Positions 38,453-46,720 of a stretch of 64,000 nucleotides of DNA are shown here, piece by piece (the stretch's first letter is position 1; each line of letters starts with the position of its first letter). The notes beneath the pieces are model-generated. The model ran no database searches. It was not told where the DNA came from and was given only the letters and a program-made list of their open reading frames with translations. Origin of the DNA: an uncultured Dehalococcoidia bacterium (GTDB taxonomy: Bacteria; Chloroflexota; Dehalococcoidia; DSTF01; JALHUB01); contig CAZMGB010000003.1 of the NCBI GenBank assembly GCA_964565775.1, positions 139,957 through 203,956 on the forward strand, read 5' to 3'. Made by a program: the position numbers and the translations under genes.

Positions 38453-41400
38453 CTACCCGAAGTTGTGGGCCTCGGGCACTGACAGCGATTGGCCGCCCAC
38501 GGCTTCGTTCGTAGGCCCGTGGTTGCAGAAGTGCTCGTTCGCCTCGGGCGCGGCGAGTGAGGGCGGCATGCCGAGGGCCTGGAAGGCCTCGGCCAGCAGG
38601 TTTATCGTCCCGTCCCGCCGCTCGAGGCGGCCGCGCACGCGAACGAACGGCTCGGTTCGCACCAGCGTCCGGCAGCGGGCGTAGAGGTCCGGCCGGACGA
38701 CGACGTTCGCCATCCCGTACTCGTCCTCCAGGAGCAGGAAGACGAAGCCCTTGGCCGTCTCCGGTCGCTGCCGGCAGACCACCAGCCCCGCCAGGTCGAC
38801 CATCGACCCGTCGTCTATCTCCGACAAATGGGCGGTGACAGCGACGCCCTCACCCAGGTAGGGACGCAGGAACTGCACGGGGTGGTATGAGGGCGAGAGG
38901 CCGAGGACGGCGTAGTCGGCCTTGAGGCGCTCCCAGTCGGAAAAATCGGGCAACGCGATCTCGTCCTGGGCCGTGGGCAGGGGCAGGGGGAACTGAGGGC
39001 TGGGCGGGCGATATAGCAGGCCGAGCTGCCAGAGCAGCTCCCGCCGGTTCAATCCGAAGCCGTCGAAGGCGCCGGCCGGGATCAGGCTCTCGATGCCCTC
39101 TCGCTTCAGCGCCCCCTTCTCGTCGGAAAGCCCCAGCCGCCGCACCAAGTCGGTCAGCGACCGGTACTCGCCGTCTTTCGCCCGCTCCCGCTCGATGCGC
39201 AGGGCGGCGTCGGCGCCGACGTTCTTGGCGTAGGCAAAGCCGATGCGCAGCCCCTCGCGGCCCTCCGGCAGCAGCTCGACGCTGCACTTTGCGCGGCTCC
39301 GGTTAATGTCGGGCGGCAGCACCTCGATGCCGTGGCGCTTGGCGTCGTTGGTGAGCACGTGGGGCGGGTAGAAGCCCATCGGCTGAGCGTTGAAGAGGGC
39401 GGTGTAGAACTCGGTCGGGTAGTAGCGGCGCAGCCAGGCCGACTGGTAGGCGAGGATGGCGAAGGCGGCGGCGTGGCTCTTGGGGAAGCCGAAGGCGGAG
39501 AAGGCGAGGAGCTTATCGAAGATGGCGCGGGCCACCGGCTCCGGCACGCCCTTGCCGGCGGCACCCGCGCGGAACTCCTCCCAGAAGCCCGCCATGGCCG
39601 CGTGCGAGCGCTTGCGGCTCATGGCCCGTCGCAGCGCTTCCCCCCGGCCCGCCGAGAAACCGGCCAGGGCCATCGCCACCTCCAGCACCTGGTCCTGGAA
39701 GAGGACGACGCCCAGGGTGTCCTTCAGCACCGGCTCCAGCAGGGGGTGGTCGTAGACGGCGACGGGATCGCGCTCGTCGGGTGGCACGTCGGCCTGGTCC
39801 CGTTCGACCTGACGGCGGCGGACGTAGGGGTTAACGGCGCCCCCCACGATGGGCCCCGGCCGGATGATCGCCACCTGCACCGCCAGGTCCTCCAGGTTTC
39901 GGGGCTGCGTGCGCGGCAGCGTCTGCATCTGCGCCCGCGACTCGATCTGGAAGACGCCGACGGTGTCCGCCCGGCAGATGTCGTCGTAGACGGCGGCGTC
40001 ATCGTAGGGGATGCGGCTGAGGTCGACGGGCCGCTTGCCGTTCTCGACGATCAGCTCCAGGCATTCCTCCACGGCCGAGAGCATGCCCAGGGCGAGGAAG
40101 TCGACCTTGATGAAGCGGGCGTCGTCCACCGAGTCCTTGTCCCACTGGCAGATGTAGCGCCCTTCCCAGGCGGCGGGCTGCACCGGCACCAGGTCGACCA
40201 GCGGCTGGGAGGCGATGACCATGCCGCCCACGTGCTGCGAGACGTGTCGCGGCATCCCGGCGAGCTGCTCCGCCAGGTCGATGAGGTCACGCCAGAGGGG
40301 GGCGTCGACCCGGTCGCGGAACTCCGGCAGGAGCTCCATCTCCTCCCGCAGACGCCCGGCGCTGCCGCCCTCCGACCGCTTCGCCAGCTTGTCGAGCTCG
40401 GCATCCGGCAGCCCCAGCGCTTTGCCCACGTCGCGCACGGCCGAGCGGATCCTGTAGGTGGCGAAGGAAGCGACCAGGGCGGCGTGCTCATGGCCGTAGC
40501 GCTCGTAGACGCGGAGGATGAGCTCCTCGCGGATGTCGCGGGCGAAGTCGAGGTCGATGTCCGGCACCGAAGCCAGCTCCTCGTTCAGGAAGCGGCCCAG
40601 GAAGAGCTTGCTCTGCACCGGGTCGACGTGGGAGAGGCCGATGAGATAGCACACCAGGCTGCTCACCGACGAGCCGCGGCCCCGGCCCGGCGGCAGGTTG
40701 GCGAGGGCGCGGGCGCTGTCCCTGCCCCGCACCTCGGCCGCCACCTCCGTCGCCAGCTCCAGCAGGTCGCGGTAGACCAGGAAGAAGCCCGACAGCCCGT
40801 GGTGGCGGATCAGCCGTAGCTCCTCCTCCAGGCGTTCCTCCGCCTCCCGTCGCAGGCCCGGCTCCAGGGGGCCGTAGCGCTCCCCCAGCCGTCGACGGCA
40901 GAGACGCTCCAGCGCCTCGTCGGCCGACTCCCCTCGGTCGCCGGCGAAGTCGGGGAAGCGGTAGTCGAGGTCGCGGGTGAGGTCGAACTGGCAGCGCTCG
41001 GCGATGCGACGGCTGTTGGCGACGGCCTCCGGGTACTCTCGGAACAGCTCGGCCATCTCGTCCGGCGACTTGAGGTAGTACTCGGAGTTCTCCCGTCGCT
41101 CGCGGTGGCAGCCGTCGAGGGTGGCGCGGTGCTTGATGGCGACGAGCACGTCCTGGAGGCGGTGCCGCTCCCGCACGTGGTAGTGGACGTTGCCCGTGGC
41201 GACCGTGCCCACCCCCAGCGACGCCGCCAGCTCCGCCAGGCGCCGGTTGCGCTCGCGGTCGCCGTAGACCAGGTTGTTCTGCAGCTCGACGTAGAAGTTC
41301 TCCCGCCCGAACCAGCCGCGCAGCTCCTTCGCCCACGCCTCCGCCTCTCGATAGCGCCCCTCCGCTACCAGCCGCGCCAGCCGCGACCTGCGGCAGCCCG

Positions 41401-41890
41401 AGAGGCAGATCAGCCCGCCGGTGCCTGCCCTGAGCGCGCCGTCAGGCGCAGTCGAAGGGTGCTGCCCTGAGCCTGTCGAAGGGTGCTCCGCTAGCAGCGA
41501 CGGATCGACGGCGGGGTTCAGCCGGTCGTGGGTGTAGGCGTGAGTGATGAGGCGGCAGAGATTGCTGTAGCCCGCACGGTCGGCGGCGAGGAGGGTGAGG
41601 TGGTGGGCAGCCCTCACCCCCGGCCCCTCTCCCTCAGGGAGAGGGGTGGCCCTGAGCTTGGCGAAGGGTCGGGGTGAGGGCCCCAGGGTGAGCTCGGCGC
41701 CGGTGATGGGGCGGATGCCGTTGGCCTTGCAGAGCTGGGCGAACTCCATCGAGCCGTAGAGGCCGTCGTGGTCGGTGAGGGCGAGGGTATCGTAGCCGAG
41801 CTCGAGGGCGCGCATGACCAGCTCCTCGGGGGTGGAGGCGCCCTCGAGGAGGGACCAGCAGGAGTGCATGTGGAGCTCGGCGTAGGTCAT
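38453..41890 (-). CDS. dnaE2: Error-prone DNA polymerase III alpha
   Basis: YAELHMHS..S.LEG PHP domain, GRGS, PDIDLD, SQHVGG, QWDKD, GVFQIESRAQM, GFPKSHAAAF, NAQPMGFYPP, RQRP.TAKG. Confidence 0.95.
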   Translation of the reverse strand: MTYAELHMHSCWSLLEGASTPEELVMRALELGYDTLALTDHDGLYGSMEFAQLCKANGIRPITGAELTLGPSPRPFAKLRATPLPEGEGPGVRAAHHLTLLAADRAGYSNLCRLITHAYTHDRLNPAVDPSLLAEHPSTGSGQHPSTAPDGALRAGTGGLICLSGCRRSRLARLVAEGRYREAEAWAKELRGWFGRENFYVELQNNLVYGDRERNRRLAELAASLGVGTVATGNVHYHVRERHRLQDVLVAIKHRATLDGCHRERRENSEYYLKSPDEMAELFREYPEAVANSRRIAERCQFDLTRDLDYRFPDFAGDRGESADEALERLCRRRLGERYGPLEPGLRREAEERLEEELRLIRHHGLSGFFLVYRDLLELATEVAAEVRGRDSARALANLPPGRGRGSSVSSLVCYLIGLSHVDPVQSKLFLGRFLNEELASVPDIDLDFARDIREELILRVYERYGHEHAALVASFATYRIRSAVRDVGKALGLPDAELDKLAKRSEGGSAGRLREEMELLPEFRDRVDAPLWRDLIDLAEQLAGMPRHVSQHVGGMVIASQPLVDLVPVQPAAWEGRYICQWDKDSVDDARFIKVDFLALGMLSAVEECLELIVENGKRPVDLSRIPYDDAAVYDDICRADTVGVFQIESRAQMQTLPRTQPRNLEDLAVQVAIIRPGPIVGGAVNPYVRRRQVERDQADVPPDERDPVAVYDHPLLEPVLKDTLGVVLFQDQVLEVAMALAGFSAGRGEALRRAMSRKRSHAAMAGFWEEFRAGAAGKGVPEPVARAIFDKLLAFSAFGFPKSHAAAFAILAYQSAWLRRYYPTEFYTALFNAQPMGFYPPHVLTNDAKRHGIEVLPPDINRSRAKCSVELLPEGREGLRIGFAYAKNVGADAALRIERERAKDGEYRSLTDLVRRLGLSDEKGALKREGIESLIPAGAFDGFGLNRRELLWQLGLLYRPPSPQFPLPLPTAQDEIALPDFSDWERLKADYAVLGLSPSYHPVQFLRPYLGEGVAVTAHLSEIDDGSMVDLAGLVVCRQRPETAKGFVFLLLEDEYGMANVVVRPDLYARCRTLVRTEPFVRVRGRLERRDGTINLLAEAFQALGMPPSLAAPEANEHFCNHGPTNEAVGGQSLSVPEAHNFG
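41424..41483. repeat. In-frame 60-nt insertion of two tandem CCCTGAGC..GTCGAAGGG palindromic units
   Basis: Encodes PSTGSGQHPSTAPDGALRAG between LLAEH and TGGLICLSGC. Confidence 0.8.
41610..41681. repeat. In-frame 72-nt nested palindromic element
   Basis: 11-bp terminal IR GCCCTCACCCC/GGGGTGAGGGC, inner hairpin CCCCTCTCCCT-C-AGGGAGAGGGG and a nested CCCTGAGCTTGGCGAAGGG. Confidence 0.85.
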
Positions 41891-41934
41891 GTATAATCAG
41901 GCTTCAGATCGGATCCTCGAAAGGAGGCGTCAAG

Positions 41935-42201
41935 ATGCTCAAGGCCGAACAGGTGGATGAGTTCTCGCGTGAGCTGGCAGCGCTGAACGAGCTGGGTCAG
42001 GAAATAGCAAAGGTGAGTCAGGAGATAGCAAGACCCAGTGTGGATTTTGCAAGGGCTGGCTTGGAAGAAAAGCTGCGGGAGTACCTGGAACGTGCGAGAA
42101 AGCTGGCTGAGAAATTCGGCCCGGAGAGCTTCTCTGTTTCAGTCGGCTTCCCTCTCGGCGTGCAGGTGTCACTGACCTGGAGTTCGGAGGGTCGGTCATA
42201 A
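41935..42201 (+). CDS. Small hypothetical protein (helical N-terminus, beta-hairpin C-terminus)
   Basis: AAGGAGG RBS, TATAAT at 41892-41897, lower GC than the flanks. Confidence 0.65.
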   Translation: MLKAEQVDEFSRELAALNELGQEIAKVSQEIARPSVDFARAGLEEKLREYLERARKLAEKFGPESFSVSVGFPLGVQVSLTWSSEGRS

Positions 42202-42210
42202 GACGCTGCA

Positions 42211-42338
42211 TTAGTAGACCTGCTGGAACCATCTTCTCAAAGTCGAATCGCGACACACCGTCACCACCTGCCCGTCCTCCAGGGCGAGGCGCCAGTACAG
42301 GCGCGACACCGGTCGCTCCCGCCACACTCGCCGTCCAT
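42211..42338 (-). pseudogene. Duplicated, frameshifted 3' end of the DUF6504-like gene
   Basis: WRERPVSRLYWRLALEDGQVVTVCRDSTLRRWFQQVY* versus intact WRERPVSRLYWRLALEDGRVVTVHEDLVSGRWAKQSY*. Confidence 0.9.
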
Positions 42339-42341
42339 GTG

Positions 42342-42389
42342 TTGATACCATGAGCGATATCGTGTATACTGTTGTCGATACAGTTATAC
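42342..42389 (+). promoter_or_regulatory. TA promoter with an overlapping operator-like inverted repeat
   Basis: TTGATA-17bp-TATACT; imperfect IR GTATACTGT-N7-ACAGTTATAC over the -10. Confidence 0.65.
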
Positions 42390-42401
42390 GAGGAGAGCCT
42401 C

Positions 42402-42668
42402 ATGTCTGTCGTCAAGGTCTCCAAGAAAGGCTGGGTCGTAATTCCCAGAGACATCCGCCAACGTCACGGCATCCGGCCAGGTGACAGAGTCCACGTTATC
42501 GACTACGCCGGGCGCATCGCCATCATCCCTGCCTCCGATGACCCCATTGCGACCGGCAGGGGCATGCTCAAGGGAGGCCCTTCAATGACCAAGGCCCTGC
42601 TGGAAGAGCGGCGATGGGAGCTGGAGCGTGAGGAGCGTGACCTCCCGCCGCCACGTCCGAAGCCGTGA
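42402..42668 (+). CDS. AbrB/MazE/SpoVT-family antitoxin
   Basis: KVSKKGWVVIPRDIRQRHGIRPGDRV; GTGA overlap with the toxin gene. Confidence 0.9.
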   Translation: MSVVKVSKKGWVVIPRDIRQRHGIRPGDRVHVIDYAGRIAIIPASDDPIATGRGMLKGGPSMTKALLEERRWELEREERDLPPPRPKP

Positions 42669-43093
42669 GCAGCGACACACCCATCTTCGTCCTCGATAGC
42701 TTCGCGCTCCTCGCCTTCTTTCAGGACGAGCCGGCAGCAGATGAGGTGGAGAGCCTCCTGGGCCGTGCCCTCCGCGGTGAGGTGCGCCTGGCAATGACCG
42801 TCGCCAACCTGGGCGAGGTGGTCTACCGAACGATCCGCGAGCATGGATTCGAACGGGCACAGGAAGTCCTGGGGCATATCGAACAATACGACATCGACAT
42901 GGTGGACATAGACCACGAGCTGGCGCTGATGGCAGCATACGTGAAGGGGACACATCGCATCTCCTACGCCGACTGCCTGGCTACAGCCTTGGCGCAGCGA
43001 CTGGATGCGGCCGTCGTCACCGGCGACTACGACTTCGCCCGGGCGGAGGACGCCGTCCGCACCGAGTGGCTCTCCACGCGGGAGCCTCAATAA
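42665..43093 (+). CDS. vapC: VapC/PIN-domain toxin
   Basis: VLDSFALL, NLGEV, ISYADC, VVTGD.DF acidic PIN residues. Confidence 0.9.
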   Translation: MSSDTPIFVLDSFALLAFFQDEPAADEVESLLGRALRGEVRLAMTVANLGEVVYRTIREHGFERAQEVLGHIEQYDIDMVDIDHELALMAAYVKGTHRISYADCLATALAQRLDAAVVTGDYDFARAEDAVRTEWLSTREPQ

Positions 43094-43374
43094 CTCTGCT
43101 TCGCCCATCGACCGCTCACCAGATCCTCGTGCACCGTCACCACCCGCCCGTCCTCCAGAGCGAGGCGCCAGTACAGGCGCGAGACCGGCCGCTCCCGCCA
43201 CCACTCGTCGTCGATGCGCCAGACGTCCTGCACCTCAGCGACCCGCAAGCGCTCGCCTCGCAGCGTGACAGTGAGCGGCCTTCCCTCGGCGTCCGCCTCC
43301 ACGGCGACGGGCCGCGGCTCCCTCAGGGGTCGTAGTCGATGAGGGCGAGCCGGCGCTCGGGTATGCGTGACCAC
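43087..43374 (-). CDS. Small conserved protein of imuB-dnaE2 cassettes (DUF6504-like)
   Basis: PRPVAVE..GRP..V..DVWRIDDEWW..RLYW; GTG 43374 with GGAG RBS, overlapping the imuB 3' end. Confidence 0.7.
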   Translation of the reverse strand: MVTHTRAPARPHRLRPLREPRPVAVEADAEGRPLTVTLRGERLRVAEVQDVWRIDDEWWRERPVSRLYWRLALEDGRVVTVHEDLVSGRWAKQSY

Positions 43375-44534
43375 GGCTCCATCTCCACTACCTGATACAC
43401 GTGCGACTGCCCGAAGCGGGCGCGGAGCTGCCGCACCGCCTCCACGAGCTGCCGCCGCCGTCGCCCCTTCTCCGCGAAGAGGCCCGCCTGCTTCGCCACC
43501 TCCTGCGTGAGGCCGGAGAGCTCCAGCACCAGCTCCTCGACGGGGCCGGGCGGGGGCGTCGCCCGCAGGACCGACCTCACTATGAACAACATCTGCTCCC
43601 GGTCCGCCGTCGCCTCCCGGAAAGTCACGGCCCGCTCCCAGCTCCGGCCGTCGCTCAGGACGGCGCGCAGGTGCAGTCGCCGGGCCGCCCGCTGGCGCAA
43701 TCGCGGGTGCAGGCGCGAGAGAAGCTGCCGGCCGGCGACGACAAGGGCCTCGATGCTGACGAGCGGTGTCAGAAAGCCGATGCGCTCGCTCAGCACCTCC
43801 TCGGGCTGTCGCGGCCGCAGGGGCTCGCGGTCGATGCCGCGGGCCAGCTCCCACAGCCGCCTGCCCTCGCCGCCGAACTGGGCCTGCACCGGCCCCAGCG
43901 ACAGCGCCGCCAGGTCGGCCATCGTCCGCAGGGCGTACAGGTCGAGCCGCCGCAGCGTCTCGGACGACGCGGGCAGGAGGGAGACGTCGAGGGGCGCCAG
44001 GAACTTTCGCTCCTGGCCCAGGGGCACGGCCGTCACCTCACCCGGCGCGCTGACGGCGGCGGCCGCCCAGGCGGGGAACTTACCTTCGGCGATGCCGACG
44101 CTCGCCTCCAGGCCCACGCCGTCGCGCACGGCCTGCCTGCCGGACAGGCAGGCCCGCACCAGCGCCTCGCCCAGGGCCATCTCGTCCTCGTAGTGGCCCT
44201 GAAGGCCGTCGACGCCAACGTAGGCTACGCCGAGATCGCCCGCCTCGACGAGAGGGCTTATGCCGACGAGGGTGCGCAGGAAGGCCTCCGACGCTTCGTG
44301 ATAGCGGACGGGGTCGGGCGGCAGGAAGACGGCGTCGCGGCAGAGGCCGAGTGCCACGCGCACGGGCATGCCGACCTGCACGCCCTGAGCCTCCACCTCC
44401 GGCGAGCAGTCCAGCACCGCCTTCCGCCCGTCGGCCGCCTCACCAATGACCACCGCTCGCCCACGTGAGGCCCGGCCCGAAGCGAGCTCGACGGCGAGTG
44501 GGAAACGGGGGATGAAGACACAGGCGATGCGCAC
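43323..44534 (-). CDS. imuB: Catalytically inactive Y-family polymerase ImuB
   Basis: Y-pol fold motifs lacking the N-terminal catalytic Asp (IACVFIPRF), GVQVGMP, QAGLF clamp motif, PWSRIPERR tail; upstream of dnaE2. Confidence 0.85.
   Translation of the reverse strand: MRIACVFIPRFPLAVELASGRASRGRAVVIGEAADGRKAVLDCSPEVEAQGVQVGMPVRVALGLCRDAVFLPPDPVRYHEASEAFLRTLVGISPLVEAGDLGVAYVGVDGLQGHYEDEMALGEALVRACLSGRQAVRDGVGLEASVGIAEGKFPAWAAAAVSAPGEVTAVPLGQERKFLAPLDVSLLPASSETLRRLDLYALRTMADLAALSLGPVQAQFGGEGRRLWELARGIDREPLRPRQPEEVLSERIGFLTPLVSIEALVVAGRQLLSRLHPRLRQRAARRLHLRAVLSDGRSWERAVTFREATADREQMLFIVRSVLRATPPPGPVEELVLELSGLTQEVAKQAGLFAEKGRRRRQLVEAVRQLRARFGQSHVYQVVEMEPWSRIPERRLALIDYDP
44130..44154. repeat. In-frame palindrome inside imuB
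   Basis: GGCCTGCCTG-CCGGA-CAGGCAGGCC with perfect 10-bp arms; adds CLSGRQA. Confidence 0.75.
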
Positions 44535-44569
44535 AGGCGTCTCCAGGATGCGGCGGGGAGCGTAGTCAC

Positions 44570-44599
44570 AGTCTAACAGAACAGATGTTCTTCTGTCAA
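44570..44599 (-). promoter_or_regulatory. imuB promoter with LexA (SOS) box GAACAGATGTTC at 44579-44590
   Basis: TTGACA-18bp-TAGACT with GAAC-N4-GTTC in the spacer. Confidence 0.88.
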
Positions 44600-44637
44600 T
44601 AGGGGGTGCGGCCAGGAGTCGGTCACTTTCCTGGCGA

Positions 44638-45201
44638 TTATCTCTTCCCTCGGCGCTCCAGTTCGAGGAGCAGTCGCTTCCGCTCCAGACCGCCGCCGTA
44701 GCCGCCCAGCGTGCCGTCGGAGGCGAGCACGCGGTGGCAGGGGACGATGATTGGCACGGGGTTGTGCCCCACCGCCTGTCCGACGGCCCGCGGCCCCCTC
44801 GGCCGGCCGACCTCCGCAGCGAGGCTTGCGTAGGTCGTCGTGGCGCCGTACGGCACCAGCTCGAGCCGGCGCAGCACCAGGCGCCGGAACTCGGTGGTCA
44901 GGCGCAGGTCCGTCATCAGATCGAAGGCCCGGCGCTTGCCCAGGAAGTACTCGTCGAGCTGGCGCCGCACCTCGGCGGTCTCGCCCCGCGCCGGGCAGAT
45001 GCGAGGCCCCAGTGCCGCCGCCACCTCCTCCAGAACCTCTTCGTCATGCTCCGGGAACGCAAGGGCGCAGACGCCTGCATCGCTCGTGACGACGGTGAGC
45101 AGCCCGATCGGCGTCGGCTGGCGCCAGTACCAGGCATCGACCAGGCCTTCTTTCGCCGCGGCGGCGGTGGCTCTCTCCAGCGCCTCCAGCACCTTTCTCA
45201 C
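44638..45201 (-). CDS. ogt: Methylated-DNA--protein-cysteine methyltransferase
   Basis: QLDEYF.G.R..FDL, VPYG..TY, RAVG.A...NP.PI.VPCHRV, GGY.GG. Confidence 0.93.
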   Translation of the reverse strand: MRKVLEALERATAAAAKEGLVDAWYWRQPTPIGLLTVVTSDAGVCALAFPEHDEEVLEEVAAALGPRICPARGETAEVRRQLDEYFLGKRRAFDLMTDLRLTTEFRRLVLRRLELVPYGATTTYASLAAEVGRPRGPRAVGQAVGHNPVPIIVPCHRVLASDGTLGGYGGGLERKRLLLELERRGKR

Positions 45202-45425
45202 CTCTCTGCCTCCCTCACTCCACCGACGCCCGCTCGGACCCGCGCTCGCTCAGCGGGCTCCAGCGCCGAGCCGTCGGTCAAGTCGAGCACCGCCTCGGCG
45301 AATGCGGCCGGCACCGGCTGACGCGGCTCCGTCGCCTCCACCAGCCGGTCGAGCCACTCGCTTCCGGCCAGCCAGCTCCGGAGGTAGCGGAACTCTTCCT
45401 CTTTGCCGGGCGTTATCTTAAGCAT
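45198..45425 (-). CDS. Small hypothetical protein between ECF sigma and ogt
   Basis: GAGGAG RBS, GTGA overlap with ogt. Confidence 0.5.
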   Translation of the reverse strand: MLKITPGKEEEFRYLRSWLAGSEWLDRLVEATEPRQPVPAAFAEAVLDLTDGSALEPAERARVRAGVGGVREAER

Positions 45426-45476
45426 TGGTCTCCTCGCGTTGGTCCAGTCGATTCTCCAGCGGCACCCGCGTCCTTC

Positions 45477-45941
45477 TCACCCGAGCGCCTTTCGCAGCCG
45501 CCGGATGCCCGCCGACACCCGCGCCCTCGCCGCCACCTCCGAGCACCCCAGCCGACGCGCGATCTCAACGTACGGCATGTCATCGATGTAGCGCGCCACG
45601 ATCGCTTCCCGTTCGCGGGGGGTGAGTGGAGCGACCAGCGGCTCGATGGAGTAGCCGCCGCCTGACTCCGCAGCGATGGCGGCAGCCTGCTCGAGAGGCA
45701 CCCCGTGCGGTCGCCGCGCCGAGCGTCTCGCCGCGTCGCGCGCGACGGACGTGGCCACCGCGAAGAGCCAGGATCTGAGATTCGTGGCCCTCTCCAACCC
45801 GCGATAGCTTCGGAGGGCCTTCAAGGCCATCTCCTGGAAGAGGTCCTCCGCCTCCGAACGGTCGAGGCGGCGCAAGTAGCGCAGCAGCGCCGCTCCGTGC
45901 TGCTCGATCAGGGGGCCGAAGGGCGGAAGATCGCTCCTCAT
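45477..45941 (-). CDS. ECF sigma-70 factor
   Basis: AEDLFQE, RSWLFAVA (region 2), LTPREREAI..Y.EIA..LG.S (region 4); ATG at 45941. Confidence 0.88.
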   Translation of the reverse strand: MRSDLPPFGPLIEQHGAALLRYLRRLDRSEAEDLFQEMALKALRSYRGLERATNLRSWLFAVATSVARDAARRSARRPHGVPLEQAAAIAAESGGGYSIEPLVAPLTPREREAIVARYIDDMPYVEIARRLGCSEVAARARVSAGIRRLRKALG

Positions 45942-45950
45942 ACCTCTTAT

Positions 45951-45975
45951 AACGAGATCGCGAGAGCCGATGTGA
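45951..45975 (-). promoter_or_regulatory. Candidate ECF autoregulatory promoter
   Basis: TCACA-16bp-CGTT ending 9 nt before the sigma ATG. Confidence 0.5.
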
Positions 45976-46265
45976 GGTCTGGACTGCTCTCGGACGAGGA
46001 CAGGGTACGTTGAGGAGGGACGCCGCGTCCAGCCGGAGCCTGCGAGCGGCCCGGCCGCGATCTGAAGCTGTTGTAATAGGCTCCGGCGCTCGTCGTTATC
46101 AGAGTAGGCTTCGCGCACCCGAGCGCATCAGCCACTCGTTTGGGAAATGAGGTCTTCACAGGCGTGCTAACATGTCGCAAAATAGGTGCTACCGGCAGTC
46201 GCCGGCCGCTGGTCTTTCCTCGAGGCGGCCACGAGTGACCAGCGGCGAATGGGAGGGATACAGCC

Positions 46266-46622
46266 ATGCCTGCTCAACCGCATGTCCACGAATCTGCCTT
46301 CGACGAACTCCTGAGCAACATAAGGCACGATCCCCTTGACCCTCAGACGGGTGAGCGCGTACGGCACGCTGTGGAAGCCGGCTGCCCGACGGTTGACGTC
46401 GCCAGAGCCGTGTACGTCGGACTGGAAGGCGTCCTCGCCACCTACTGGGTGGCACTGCAGGAAGGAAGGCTACAGGACAACGACGACGACTTCTACAGGG
46501 TAGTCGGGATGCGCAGATTCGTCAGGACGTGTCACGAAGACAAGGACCGGCTGCTGAAGTTCCTGGAGAAGGACGCCGACTTCTTCGAGATGCTGGGCCG
46601 GATGACCTCCTGGACATACTAG
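46266..46622 (+). CDS. Hypothetical protein
   Basis: GGAGG RBS, GC3-rich codon usage, no recognised motif. Confidence 0.65.
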   Translation: MPAQPHVHESAFDELLSNIRHDPLDPQTGERVRHAVEAGCPTVDVARAVYVGLEGVLATYWVALQEGRLQDNDDDFYRVVGMRRFVRTCHEDKDRLLKFLEKDADFFEMLGRMTSWTY

Positions 46623-46720
46623 CCCTTCTCCCCGTCCGCCTCTCAGGCCACGCACAGATCACTCCAGCGACATCGACAACGAGGACTGTGCGCTGCTCAA
46701 CGCGGTGAGGAAGTCGATCG

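Noticed and set aside
41424-41681. Intein in dnaE2
   Set aside because: Inserts are only 20-24 aa, lack C...HN splice motifs and are DNA palindromes
46630-46720. Possible redoxin-like tail relic (QRTVLVVDVAGVICAW) on the minus strand
   Set aside because: Too short and degenerate to support by eye
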